From positions 1-64,000 of the IMG/VR virus record IMGVR_UViG_3300045996_004119: 64,000 nt of DNA; one strand, 5' to 3'. Under the pieces are notes generated by a model, which saw only the letters and a program-made list of their open reading frames with translations, did no database searches and had not been told where the DNA came from. Source of the stretch: a virus. Both the position numbers and the translations under genes were made by a program. Positions 36,515 to 46,000 of the stretch are shown here, one piece after another (the stretch's first letter is position 1; every line of letters begins with the position of its first letter).

Positions 36515-36844
36515 ATGAAGGTCTTACAGCCCAGGCCCGAACCAGTCAAGGCGCTCCGTCGGCGCATCGCCGAGATGCAGGAGCGCGGCATCCTGGAACT
36601 GGCGAAAGAGGTCTGCTCGCGCGAGGGCGCGCTGGTCGAGGAGCTTTTCGGCGAGAGCCGATCGCTGCCGCACCGACGCGCGAGGCAATTTGTCTGGTGG
36701 GAGCTCAAGGATCGCGGCTGGACGTACGCCGAGATCGCAAAGCTCTTCCAGCGCGACGTGGAGAGCGTGCGCGCCGCGATCAAGCGCGCTGCGAGCAACC
36801 TCGGGCTGGTCAGCGGCGCCGGAGCGGACAGGAGGGCGGCGTAG
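36515..36844 (+). CDS. Stand-alone DnaA domain IV-like HTH protein
   Basis: ELFGESRS....RARQFVWWEL....TYAEIAKLFQRDVESV. Confidence 0.75.
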   Translation: MKVLQPRPEPVKALRRRIAEMQERGILELAKEVCSREGALVEELFGESRSLPHRRARQFVWWELKDRGWTYAEIAKLFQRDVESVRAAIKRAASNLGLVSGAGADRRAA

Positions 36845-37054
36845 ATGGCGACGGCTCCGAGGAAGCGGCCACGGGCCGACCAGAAGCAAGGTGCATCGTC
36901 AGAAGATGCGAGCGGTTCGGCGCCTGCGCCGTTGCAACGCGCGACCAGGATGGGCCCGGGAGACGCACCGAAGCACATCGGCGAGGTGCTCGCCGAGGTG
37001 ATGGGCAGGCTGGTCCTGGAGTCGGCGGCGCGCCGCGGGAGGGACGGGCGATGA
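36845..37054 (+). CDS. Hypothetical protein
   Basis: Short coupled ORF. Confidence 0.45.
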   Translation: MATAPRKRPRADQKQGASSEDASGSAPAPLQRATRMGPGDAPKHIGEVLAEVMGRLVLESAARRGRDGR

Positions 37055-37740
37055 GCGAGGTGAAGCAGCGCGTGCCCACATCCGACAAGGCGTTGCAGGG
37101 CGTACTGGAGCTGTACATGTCAGCGCGCCCTGACTTCGCCCGCGCCTTCGCCAGATGCGAGTCGCCGATCGAGCAGTTGTTTCTCGTCGCCGTGGCTCGG
37201 CTGGCCCTCAAGCACGGGTCCGACGGAGCTTATTTCGGTGATGCCGCCGCCGATGTGGCGATGTTTCGTAGCTCGTACGGCGAGGACGGGATCTGCGACG
37301 ACGACATCGTGCTGCTTCATCAGTCGACGTGGACGATGGTTCTGCAGCAGCCGAGCATCGAAGTGGAAGAAGGCACAATTCGTCCGGATTTCGCCGTCAT
37401 CAGCATCGACGCGGTCGATGGCGTCCACGTGATCACCGGCAAGACAGCCGTTGAACTCGACGGCCACGAGTGGCACGAGCGGACGAAGGAGCAGGCGCGC
37501 TCCGACCGGCAACGCGATAGGCGACTGCTGCGCGCTGGCTGGCACGTGGCCCGGTTCACGGGCTCGGAGATCCACGAAGACGTGGACGCGTGCCTTCTTG
37601 AAACCCTCGGAGCGGCGAACGCAGCGGCCGGATTCGTCTACTCGGCCGCGATGGAGATGGTCGAGGCCAGGGAGGCGAAGGATGGCGCCGGCAAGCAGGC
37701 CATGGCGCTCCCAGACCATCAGTCCACCGGAGGGACGTGA
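37051..37740 (+). CDS. DUF559/Vsr-like endonuclease
   Basis: ESPIEQ, RPDF, VELDGHEWHERT...DRQRDR.L...GW.VARFTGSEI. Confidence 0.88.
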   Translation: MSEVKQRVPTSDKALQGVLELYMSARPDFARAFARCESPIEQLFLVAVARLALKHGSDGAYFGDAAADVAMFRSSYGEDGICDDDIVLLHQSTWTMVLQQPSIEVEEGTIRPDFAVISIDAVDGVHVITGKTAVELDGHEWHERTKEQARSDRQRDRRLLRAGWHVARFTGSEIHEDVDACLLETLGAANAAAGFVYSAAMEMVEAREAKDGAGKQAMALPDHQSTGGT

Positions 37741-39110
37741 TGCGGTGGGAGCACGCTCAGTGGAGGAAGCTCTACGTTCGAGAGGAGGGCTCCTTCGCAA
37801 TGCTCCCTCTCTACGTGCGGGCCCTTGCTGCGGAGCTCATGAAGTTCTGCGACGACCAGGGGCGCATCTTCGTCGGCGGACGAGCCCCGTGGGACGCGAT
37901 CGCGCGCATCGCGCGCGCTGACATGGGCGAGCGGCGTCTGCTCAAGCAGCACATCCCCATGCTCATCGCCGACGGCTACCTCGTGCAGGACGGGCAGCAC
38001 CTCATCATCAAGAACCTCGAGCGCGCGCAGGAGCGGCGCAGGCCAGGCTCCTCCGGCCCGGGTCGCAACGAGACCGGCACGACCGAGGAACGAACCGACG
38101 ACGACCTCGACACGAGCCTCGAACGAATCCGGAACGAACCGACGACGACCTCGACACGAGCCTCGAACGAATCCGGAACGAGAAGTGAGACAAGTGCGCG
38201 AAATGATTCAACCGCGACCCTCGCGTACGCGGGCGCGCGCTCAGTACAGAATAGAGAAGATCCGAGTAGATCCGAGGATCTTTCTTCATCATGGGCCGCG
38301 CCCGACGGCGGCGATCCGGAATTCGCCGAGCATCCCGCTGGGCGCGACCGTCCCCTGCCGCCTGCTTACCTCGAGCCCCAAGCCGAGCCGGAACAGCCGC
38401 GTGGAGGCAGCGGTCCATCCGGCGGGGAGCTCGCGCCGACCAACGGTCCTGCGGCTGCCCCAGGCCCCGACCTCCTGACGATGGCCACGTGGCTGGCCGA
38501 GTCGGGAAGCGGCTTCGGGCGCAAGATGGTCGACTGGGCCGCGGAACAACGGTCGTATTCGCCGTCGCAGAAGGAGAAGATCAGGGCGCTGTACGCCGAG
38601 CGCGTCGAGGCTCAGGCGAACGCGGAGCGCGCCAAGGCGGCCAAGGCCGAGCTAGACGCCGCGCCGGCCACCTCAAGGTCCCCAGCTGACGCAGCGAAAG
38701 CCGAGACCGACGCCATGGCGCTCTGGTGCGAGTTCTGGGGGAAGCGCCACGGGGGCGAGGCGTACCCGGTGACGGATCGCGACCGGGGCGCAATGCGCAA
38801 GCTCATGGCGCGCGCTCAGGCCAGGGCCAAGGAGGTCGGCTGCGAGCGCTTCCGCGAGGTGCTGGGCCACTACCTGTCCCGCTACCTCGCCATCGACGAC
38901 CGGAAGCTCGTCGCCGAGCGCTACCCGCTGCACCTGCTGGAGAGTCGAATGTCAGCGATCGGCGACTATCAGGCGGCCAAGGCGCGAGCACCTCGTCGCG
39001 CCCATGAGCCCGAGCCAGAGGGCACGCCGGCGCCGCCTGAGGCCATCGCTGCGCTGGCCAACATCCGGTTCGCTGCGCCGGTCGCGCGGCAGGCAGGAGG
39101 CGCGTCGTGA
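37737..39110 (+). CDS. Putative phage replication initiator protein
   Basis: Directly upstream of and overlapping dnaB; N-terminal wHTH-like region; internal iteron-like repeat. Confidence 0.6.
   Translation: MMRWEHAQWRKLYVREEGSFAMLPLYVRALAAELMKFCDDQGRIFVGGRAPWDAIARIARADMGERRLLKQHIPMLIADGYLVQDGQHLIIKNLERAQERRRPGSSGPGRNETGTTEERTDDDLDTSLERIRNEPTTTSTRASNESGTRSETSARNDSTATLAYAGARSVQNREDPSRSEDLSSSWAAPDGGDPEFAEHPAGRDRPLPPAYLEPQAEPEQPRGGSGPSGGELAPTNGPAAAPGPDLLTMATWLAESGSGFGRKMVDWAAEQRSYSPSQKEKIRALYAERVEAQANAERAKAAKAELDAAPATSRSPADAAKAETDAMALWCEFWGKRHGGEAYPVTDRDRGAMRKLMARAQARAKEVGCERFREVLGHYLSRYLAIDDRKLVAERYPLHLLESRMSAIGDYQAAKARAPRRAHEPEPEGTPAPPEAIAALANIRFAAPVARQAGGAS
38087..38181 (+). repeat. 44-bp perfect tandem repeat (2 copies plus partial third), putative ori iterons
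   Basis: GGAACGAACCGACGACGACCTCGACACGAGCCTCGAACGAATCC at 38087-38130 and 38131-38174, then GGAACGA. Confidence 0.9.
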
Positions 39111-41620
39111 GGCGCAAGAGCAACCTGGCCAAGGTCCTGCGGCTCGAGCCGAAGAAGGGGGCCGTCCCGCCGAACAACGTCGACGCCGAGGCGGCCGTGC
39201 TGTCGCAGGTTCTGCTTCACCCGGAGACGCTCGACGAAGTCGTCGATCTACTGAAGCCAGATCACTTCTACTCGTTCTCGAACTCCAAGGTGTTCGAGGC
39301 CATGATGGAGCTCGCCGGAACCGGCGCCGCCATTGACGTTGTGTCCGTGGCCGCTTGGCTTCAGGCAAGGGAGCTGTACCACAGGGTCGGCGGCATGGAG
39401 TACATGCTGCTGCTTCGAGACAGCATCCCGTCGTATGGCAAAAGCATCACGACGCACGCGAAGATCGTCCACGACCTGTGGCGGATCCGGGAGCTCGCCA
39501 TCGCGTGTCACCGCGGCGCCGCTGGCTGCTACGGCGACGTCGGCGACGTGCAGGCGTACGTCGACGACGTCGAGCAGTCGATTTACGACATCGCCCACGT
39601 GAGCGCGACGAACGACGCGCAGCCGATCGGCGCTGTCCTCCAGGATGCGTTCCGCGAGATCGTCGCCGTGGCCGAGAGCGGCGGGCGCATCTCCGGTCTG
39701 CCGACGGGGTACTACGATCTCGACGAGATGCTGGCCGGTCTCCATGGGGGGGACGTGACCGTCGTCGCCGGCCGACCCGGAATGGGCAAAGCGCAGCCTC
39801 TTGAGGCCAAGGTCCTCACGCCGATCGGCTGGAGGCTCATGGGTTCTCTCCAGGTCGGCGACCTCGTGATCGGTGCCGACGGTGCGTCCCACCGGATCAC
39901 AGGCGTATTCGACCGCGGCGAGCTCGACGTGTACCGCGTCACAACATCGGACGGCGCGAGCACGGAGTGCTGCGACGAGCACCTCTGGTTGACGCGGAAC
40001 CGCTCGGAGCGCCGGCGTGGCGTTCCGGGGGGCGTCCGGAAGCTCCGAGAGATCCGTGCGACCCTGGAGCGCGCAGCAAGCGGCGGGCTCAACCACAGCA
40101 TCCAGTTCATGAGGCCGGCGGAGTTCGAGCCGGTCGGCGATCTGCCAATCGACCCGTACCTCATGGGGATCTACCTCGGCGACGGGTGCGGCTCGGGGCG
40201 CCGGGTTGGCATCGACAACCCGGAGGCCGACATCCGCGAGCGCGTGAGGGAGCTCCTGCCGAAAGGTGACGCACTTACCGAGGCGCCGGACGGGCTGCAC
40301 ATGCGCATCAGGCGCGAGAAGCGCACAGGCGTCCAGAGCAACACGAGGGCATCGCTCGAGGCCATGGGGCTCACTGGGCGACGATCGTGGGAGAAGTTCA
40401 TCCCGGAGGTCTACCTGCGCGCGCCCGTCGCCGACCGCGTGGCCCTGCTCCAAGGGCTCTGCGACACCGACGGCTACGTCGTGCAGCCGAAGATCGTGGA
40501 GTACACGACGACCTCGCCTGCGCTCCTGGCCGGCCTGGAGTTCCTCGTCGGGTCGCTCGGTGGGCGCTTCACGTGGACCGAGAAGGATGCCCACTACACC
40601 AAGGCGGACGGCGCGCGGGTGCCAACGCGGAAGGCATATCGCGCCCTCATCAGCTTCCCCGGCGGGCACGTCACGCCGGTGTCGTCGCAGAAGCACCTGG
40701 CGAGATGGGCCGGTGGCCGCGTCCGCATCAGCGAGCGCTTCATTCAGCGCGTGGAGTACGTCGGGAAGAAGGCGTGCCGCTGCATCGCCGTCGACGCAGC
40801 GGACCACCTCTACGTGACCGACGGGTTCCTGGTGACGCACAATACGTCCAAGGTTTTGAACATTGCCGTCAACGTCGCGTCGCCGCGCGAGGAGCGCCGC
40901 GAGCACGGCGAGATGGCGACGGTCCCTGGTGAGGCGGCCGTGGTGTTCTCGCTCGAGATGCCGCGCGACCAGTTGGGCAAGCGCATGCTGTGCACCGAGG
41001 CGCGCGTCGACCTTGGCAAGCTCCGTCGCGGCAGGCTTCAGCCGGCCGACTGGAACAAGCTGACCGAAGCCGCAGCGCGCCTCGGCCCGCTACCGGTGAT
41101 CATCGAGGACACGCCAGGGCTGGGCCTCATGGAGATCCGCGCCCGCGTCAGGCGGCATCAGGCAACCTGCGCGCGGAACGGCATCAAGCTCGGGCTCGTG
41201 GTGATCGACTACCTACAGCTCATGCAGGGGCGAGAGGACGCCCGGAGCCGCGAGGAGGAGATCGGCGAGATTTCCCGCGGGCTGAAGCGGCTCGCGAAGG
41301 AGCTCAAGGTGCCGGTCATTGTGCTGTCGCAGCTGAACCGGGAGGTCGAGAAGCGGAGCGCCAAGACGAAGCGCCCTCAGCTCTCGGACCTCCGCGAGTC
41401 GGGCGCGATCGAGCAGGACGCCGACAACATCATCTTCATCACGCGCCGAGATTACTACGAGCAGGAGGACACGCCGAACGACTGGAAAGGGATCGCGGAG
41501 ATCGACGTGGCCAAGCAGCGCAACGGTGCCACCGGCCGCATCTACATGCGCTTTGACGCGTCGTGTACTCGGTTCGATAACCTGGCGCGCGAGGACTGGC
41601 CGCAGACTTCATGGGATTGA
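39107..41620 (+). CDS. dnaB: Replicative DNA helicase DnaB containing an intein
   Basis: PPNNVDAEAAVL, GRPGMGK/T, FSLEM, VVIDYLQLM, VLSQLNREVE, LSDLRESGAIEQDAD, KQRNG. Confidence 0.96.
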   Translation: MRRKSNLAKVLRLEPKKGAVPPNNVDAEAAVLSQVLLHPETLDEVVDLLKPDHFYSFSNSKVFEAMMELAGTGAAIDVVSVAAWLQARELYHRVGGMEYMLLLRDSIPSYGKSITTHAKIVHDLWRIRELAIACHRGAAGCYGDVGDVQAYVDDVEQSIYDIAHVSATNDAQPIGAVLQDAFREIVAVAESGGRISGLPTGYYDLDEMLAGLHGGDVTVVAGRPGMGKAQPLEAKVLTPIGWRLMGSLQVGDLVIGADGASHRITGVFDRGELDVYRVTTSDGASTECCDEHLWLTRNRSERRRGVPGGVRKLREIRATLERAASGGLNHSIQFMRPAEFEPVGDLPIDPYLMGIYLGDGCGSGRRVGIDNPEADIRERVRELLPKGDALTEAPDGLHMRIRREKRTGVQSNTRASLEAMGLTGRRSWEKFIPEVYLRAPVADRVALLQGLCDTDGYVVQPKIVEYTTTSPALLAGLEFLVGSLGGRFTWTEKDAHYTKADGARVPTRKAYRALISFPGGHVTPVSSQKHLARWAGGRVRISERFIQRVEYVGKKACRCIAVDAADHLYVTDGFLVTHNTSKVLNIAVNVASPREERREHGEMATVPGEAAVVFSLEMPRDQLGKRMLCTEARVDLGKLRRGRLQPADWNKLTEAAARLGPLPVIIEDTPGLGLMEIRARVRRHQATCARNGIKLGLVVIDYLQLMQGREDARSREEEIGEISRGLKRLAKELKVPVIVLSQLNREVEKRSAKTKRPQLSDLRESGAIEQDADNIIFITRRDYYEQEDTPNDWKGIAEIDVAKQRNGATGRIYMRFDASCTRFDNLAREDWPQTSWD
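39791..40843 (+). mobile_element. 351-aa class 3-type intein with LAGLIDADG homing endonuclease in the DnaB Walker A motif
   Basis: Starts AQPL, ends VTHN then Thr+1; block B EHLW; block F RCIAV; LAGLIDADG motifs YLMGIYLGDG and LLQGLCDTDG. Confidence 0.9.
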
Positions 41621-41701
41621 CCATCTCGCCTTGCACGCCCAACCCCACCTGCTAAACAGCCATTGCGCAGCCGGGCGACCGTGAGCGCGGAGGAGACATG
41701 A

Positions 41702-41797
41702 ATGTCGACGGCTGAGGCCATCGTGGAAGTCACCAAGATCGTTGGGACGGTGACGTTGGTGCTAGGGATTTTCTGGTTCATCGGGAGGCGCGATTGA
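41702..41797 (+). CDS. 31-aa single-TM peptide
   Basis: GGAGGAG RBS; MSTAEAIVEVTKIVGTVTLVLGIFWFIGRRD; stop overlaps the next start. Confidence 0.55.
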   Translation: MSTAEAIVEVTKIVGTVTLVLGIFWFIGRRD

Positions 41798-42705
41798 GCC
41801 TCGCCACACCCGCTCTCCACGACATCGCCTCCTCGTCGCACCATCGCGACAGCGACGACCGGCTCAAGGACGCCGACAACCTCGCCTTCCTCGCCGGGCA
41901 GCCTGCCGACGTGCGCGCGGCGTGGCTTCCCGTATGCGGCGTCCTCCGCGAGCTCGACCGCATCATCGAGGCGGCGCGCCTCGACCGCGACCACGGCCGC
42001 CTGGAGCGCCTCCGCGAGGCATGGAACGCGCTCTGGACCGAGGGGCGCGTCCTCCCCAGCGACGAGGCGCGGGTTCTGCGGCGCGCTCGGGAGCTCTGGC
42101 TCGCCGACGAGAGCATCTCGGCCGTGGTGGCTGGTGCGTCCTTCGACGAGTACCTGGAGGCGGTCGTCGAGTACAGCCGGCCGGGCGTGGAGTTCCAGAG
42201 CCTCTGGGAGCACAACCGGATGCTCCTGCGCATCTCAGGCTCGATGTTTCGGCTGTTCCCGTTCGTGCAGCCGCACCAGCTTCGCGCGATCGGGCACTTC
42301 GGCGCCTTGGACCACTTCTTCAACAACCTCCGCGACATCCAGGAGGACGCCGAGGCGGAGCTCGTGTTCTTTCCGCGCGAGGTACTGGACCGCTTCGGCG
42401 TGCGGCGCGGGCACATCTCCACCGGGCGCGCCGTGGGCACACCGGAGTTCCGCGCGATGATGACGTGGTGGCTCGACGAGTACCTCCCGCAGGTGCGCGT
42501 GTGCGCGCGACCGTTCGTCGCCGCCGAGGACCTGCGCCCGTCGGTCGCGGCGCTGCGGGCGCACTCCCTGCGCCGGTACGCGCGCGTCGAGCGTGTGCTG
42601 CGGGGGCTGGACTTCGACTACCGGGCTTTCCCGCAGGTGTACGAGGCCGAGGTGCGGCGGGAGATCGGGGAGATGGCGCTGGGCGCGAAGGAGGTAACTG
42701 CATGA
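41794..42705 (+). CDS. Squalene/phytoene synthase family (class I isoprenoid synthase fold) protein
   Basis: PADVRAAW...LRELDRIIE; FGALDHFFNNLRDIQED...FFPREVLDRFGV. Confidence 0.8.
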   Translation: MSLATPALHDIASSSHHRDSDDRLKDADNLAFLAGQPADVRAAWLPVCGVLRELDRIIEAARLDRDHGRLERLREAWNALWTEGRVLPSDEARVLRRARELWLADESISAVVAGASFDEYLEAVVEYSRPGVEFQSLWEHNRMLLRISGSMFRLFPFVQPHQLRAIGHFGALDHFFNNLRDIQEDAEAELVFFPREVLDRFGVRRGHISTGRAVGTPEFRAMMTWWLDEYLPQVRVCARPFVAAEDLRPSVAALRAHSLRRYARVERVLRGLDFDYRAFPQVYEAEVRREIGEMALGAKEVTA

Positions 42706-43049
42706 AGGCGAACGAGTTCTGCTACTGGCTGCAAGGGTACTTCGAGATCTGCGAGGCGCAGGGACTCTCGACGAAGCTCGATGGGGCGGCGGCGCGCTGC
42801 ATCGAGGCGCACCTGTCGCTTGTTGCGAAGGTGGAACCGGATCACAGCAACGTCTTCGTCGCGTGGCTGAATGACCACCTGAGGAAGCCGAGCCCGGTGG
42901 GGCCTGACGCGGTCCTGATCCGCCGGTTCCTCGCTGCGCAGTTCCAGCACGTGATCGACCCGTCGTACGGCGGCGACCAGATGGCGCTGGGGAAGATCCA
43001 TGGGACCGGCGGCCAGAGCTGGCCGACCGACGGGTTGATCCGGTGCTGA
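42702..43049 (+). CDS. Phage hypothetical protein
   Basis: MKANEFCYWLQGYFE; RBS AGGAGG. Confidence 0.75.
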   Translation: MKANEFCYWLQGYFEICEAQGLSTKLDGAAARCIEAHLSLVAKVEPDHSNVFVAWLNDHLRKPSPVGPDAVLIRRFLAAQFQHVIDPSYGGDQMALGKIHGTGGQSWPTDGLIRC

Positions 43050-43060
43050 GGGAGGCCAGG

Positions 43061-46000
43061 ATGCACTGCGATCTGACGATCCGAGGCGCCACGCCGGAGC
43101 AGGCTGAGGGCGCCGTCAGCCCGAACGACCGCGAGCGCATCGGACGCGTGGTCCGCGAGATCTGGATCGACTGGGCCCGCGAGCAGCCGAGCCCGAAGCC
43201 GACGTGGCTCCTGCCGTGGGAGGACCTGACCGACACGTACCGGGAGGCTGGCTGCCGCATCGGGGAGCAGCTCTTCTCGATGGGGCTCATGGCCGGGCGC
43301 GCCGTGGGAGAGGAGGAGGTCGAGGCGCTGCGGAAGCGGGTGGCGGAGCTGGAGTTCACTCGCGACGAGCTCACCGGCATCCAGCAGGGCGACAGCGTCG
43401 TGGATGCGGCCGCGAAGGCGGAGAGCGTCGCCCTCCCGAAGCAACTGTCGGAGGCGCGCGCGGAAGCGACGACGCTGCGGGAGGACGTCGAGCGCTGGCG
43501 CAAGACCAACGGCGATATCGGAGCGGCCCTCGGGGTGAAGCCTGGCGAGGCCGTGCGCGACGCCGCAACCCGCGTCATCGCAGAGCGCGACCGCATCCAG
43601 CGCGACTGGGAGCAGCAAGGCGCGATGCTGCATGAGATCGAGGCCCGAGTGGCCGAACTCGACGCGACGTGCGATCGGGTGTGGGACGCGCTCGGCGCCA
43701 TCCGGACTGGCGAGGATCTGGCGGATGCCGTGGCGCGGCGCCTGGAGGAGGCGAGCGCGGATGCCGCCCCGGATGCCGTATCCCCGCTCCGGCCGGCGGA
43801 GGACATCGCGCGGGAGATGGTGGGCTGCGCCGTCGAGCGCTTCGGTGGCGACTGGGGCTTCACGGTCTGGACCAAGGGCACAGACGGTCGAGACGTCGAT
43901 CTGGTCGTCGATGGGTACGTGCGCGAGGAGTCGGCGAACCGCGACAGCAACAGCCTGCGCAAGACGATCGTGGACATCATCGAGCGCAGCCGCGCCGAGG
44001 GCAAGCGCGCGCCCGTCGAGGCGCCCCGCGTGGCGGCGGTGGTCGGGCCTCACATCTGCCGAGCCCACGACCGCGAGGTGTTCGTCGGCGATCGCGATGG
44101 GCTCAAGGGCTGCGACGAGACAAGCCCGCGCTTCTGGCACTGCACCATCCACCTGAACGGCGAGCACGTCGCGCTGGCCGGCAACGAGGTTTGCGCGCGC
44201 TGGCCCATCGCGCCGGCGCAGGATGAGCCGCAGGCGGCGAGCGAGGGCCGTGTGACCGGTTCGTATTGCGAAGTCGAGATGTCCTGGCCGCGCGGCGCGC
44301 AACCCGACTTGCTGGCGCTCGATGCCGCATGGCTCGTCGGGGCACCGGGCGCCCGTCAACCCGGATACATCCAGTCGCTCTACAGCCATCCCGCCGGGTT
44401 GCGCCTCGCGATGCCCAAAGACGCCGACCCCCGCGCCGTGCTCGCGACCGTGGCCGAGCTGTTGGGCCTGCAGGACCAGCAAGACGAAGCGCGCGCCCTG
44501 TCCGATCTCCGGCGCGCGCACCACGCAGAGCGTGACGACGAGCCCGCGAACATCGACGACCGTTGGCAGCACCGCCGAGAGCGGCTGTCGCGCGACACGC
44601 ACGGATCCGCGAGTGCGTTCGAGCGCGCCTATCTCCACGGGATGAGGGACGCATACACCGTGGCCGGCGTCGAGATGCGGCGGGCGCGTGGGCAGGCCGA
44701 GCGCGAGCTCGGCAACCCTGCCGTGCTCAAGCACTGGTCGGACCGGACGCCCGACGAGATCGAGCGGTGGGCCGAGGAGGCCGAGGGCGACAACCCACGT
44801 CACGCGTCGTGGTGCCGCGGCGTCGCCGCTGGCATCCGCGAGGGTGAGCGGCGGGCCGGCGAGGCGTGGCAGCGCGCGACCGAGGCGGGCTCGCCGGCGG
44901 GCGCTGCTGGAGCGATGGCCGGGTTCCGCGCGCGCAACAGGGCCTGGCAGGACGCGACGGGCGTTGAGCAGCCGGAGTATGTGCAAGCCGCGAAGGCATC
45001 TCTCGTCGAGCGCGCGATCACGCAGCTCGAGGTCGGGATCGCGGAAGGCGAGCGCCGCGCCGAGGAGAAGGCGCGCCTCGATGTCGAGCGCGCCGTGGCC
45101 GCCGAAGCCGCACGGGGCGACGCGGCGAGGCTCGAGGTGCACGAGAAGTACCTTGCGACGGCGCGGGAGCTCGTGACCGACTGGGAAGAGCGGCGCACGA
45201 ACAACATCGCTGGACGCGACGACACCAATCTTTCGCGGTTCACCCGCGATCGGCTTGGGGCGAAGGCGGACGCGCGCGAGACCTGCATCAACGATCTCCG
45301 CGCCGCATTCAACCTCTCCGACAACAAGCCGCCGACGGGGGGAGAGCCGGCGCCGGTGGACAATGGGCCAGCGCATGGTCCAGGGTGCGACGTGCGCGCC
45401 GACAGGACGCAATGCGCGTTCGACTGCCCGAAGCGGCGCGCCGACATGGCCAAGCGATCGGAGGCTGTTGCGGATCGCGCAACTACTCACGTCGAGCCCG
45501 CGCAGCAGTCGACCGACGAGCGCCCGGGGCTCGCCGCCGGGCAGACGTGGCGCGACGTTAGCGGGGCCGAGTACCTGATCCAGGAACGCGAGGAGCGCAC
45601 GCCTTGTTCTACGCTGTTCGCCGTCTCCGCGGGCGGTGGCCTCGTGCCCATGTACCGCGCCGACGCGCCGAGCGGCTGGACCATCGTGTCCGACGCGCCC
45701 GCCGCCGAGCGCTGGCGGCCGGGCGCCGTGTGGGAGCGCATCGGCGAGCGTGTCACGGTGCGCGATTCGAGCGACGATGAGATCGTGTTCTGCGAGCATG
45801 GCTGGTGCACGGATCGGCACCTGATGACCGAGCGGAACGGCTGGCGCTACGTCGGCCCCGGCGCGGCGTCGGGTGGCAACGGCATGGAGGCAGACGGAGC
45901 GCAGATCGAAGCGCCTCTTGGGGCTCAACCTGAAACACCAAACGTGCCAACCTCCTGTCAAGTTATTCCGTCGGGAGCGGAGAGTTCTACGGGCGCAGGA

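Noticed and set aside
38087-38181. CRISPR array
   Set aside because: Repeats are directly adjacent with no spacers, lie inside a CDS, and no cas genes are present
41630-41660. Defined promoter for the synthase-like module (TTGCAC...TAAACA)
   Set aside because: The -10 lacks the conserved final T and the spacing is 16 bp; too weak to call
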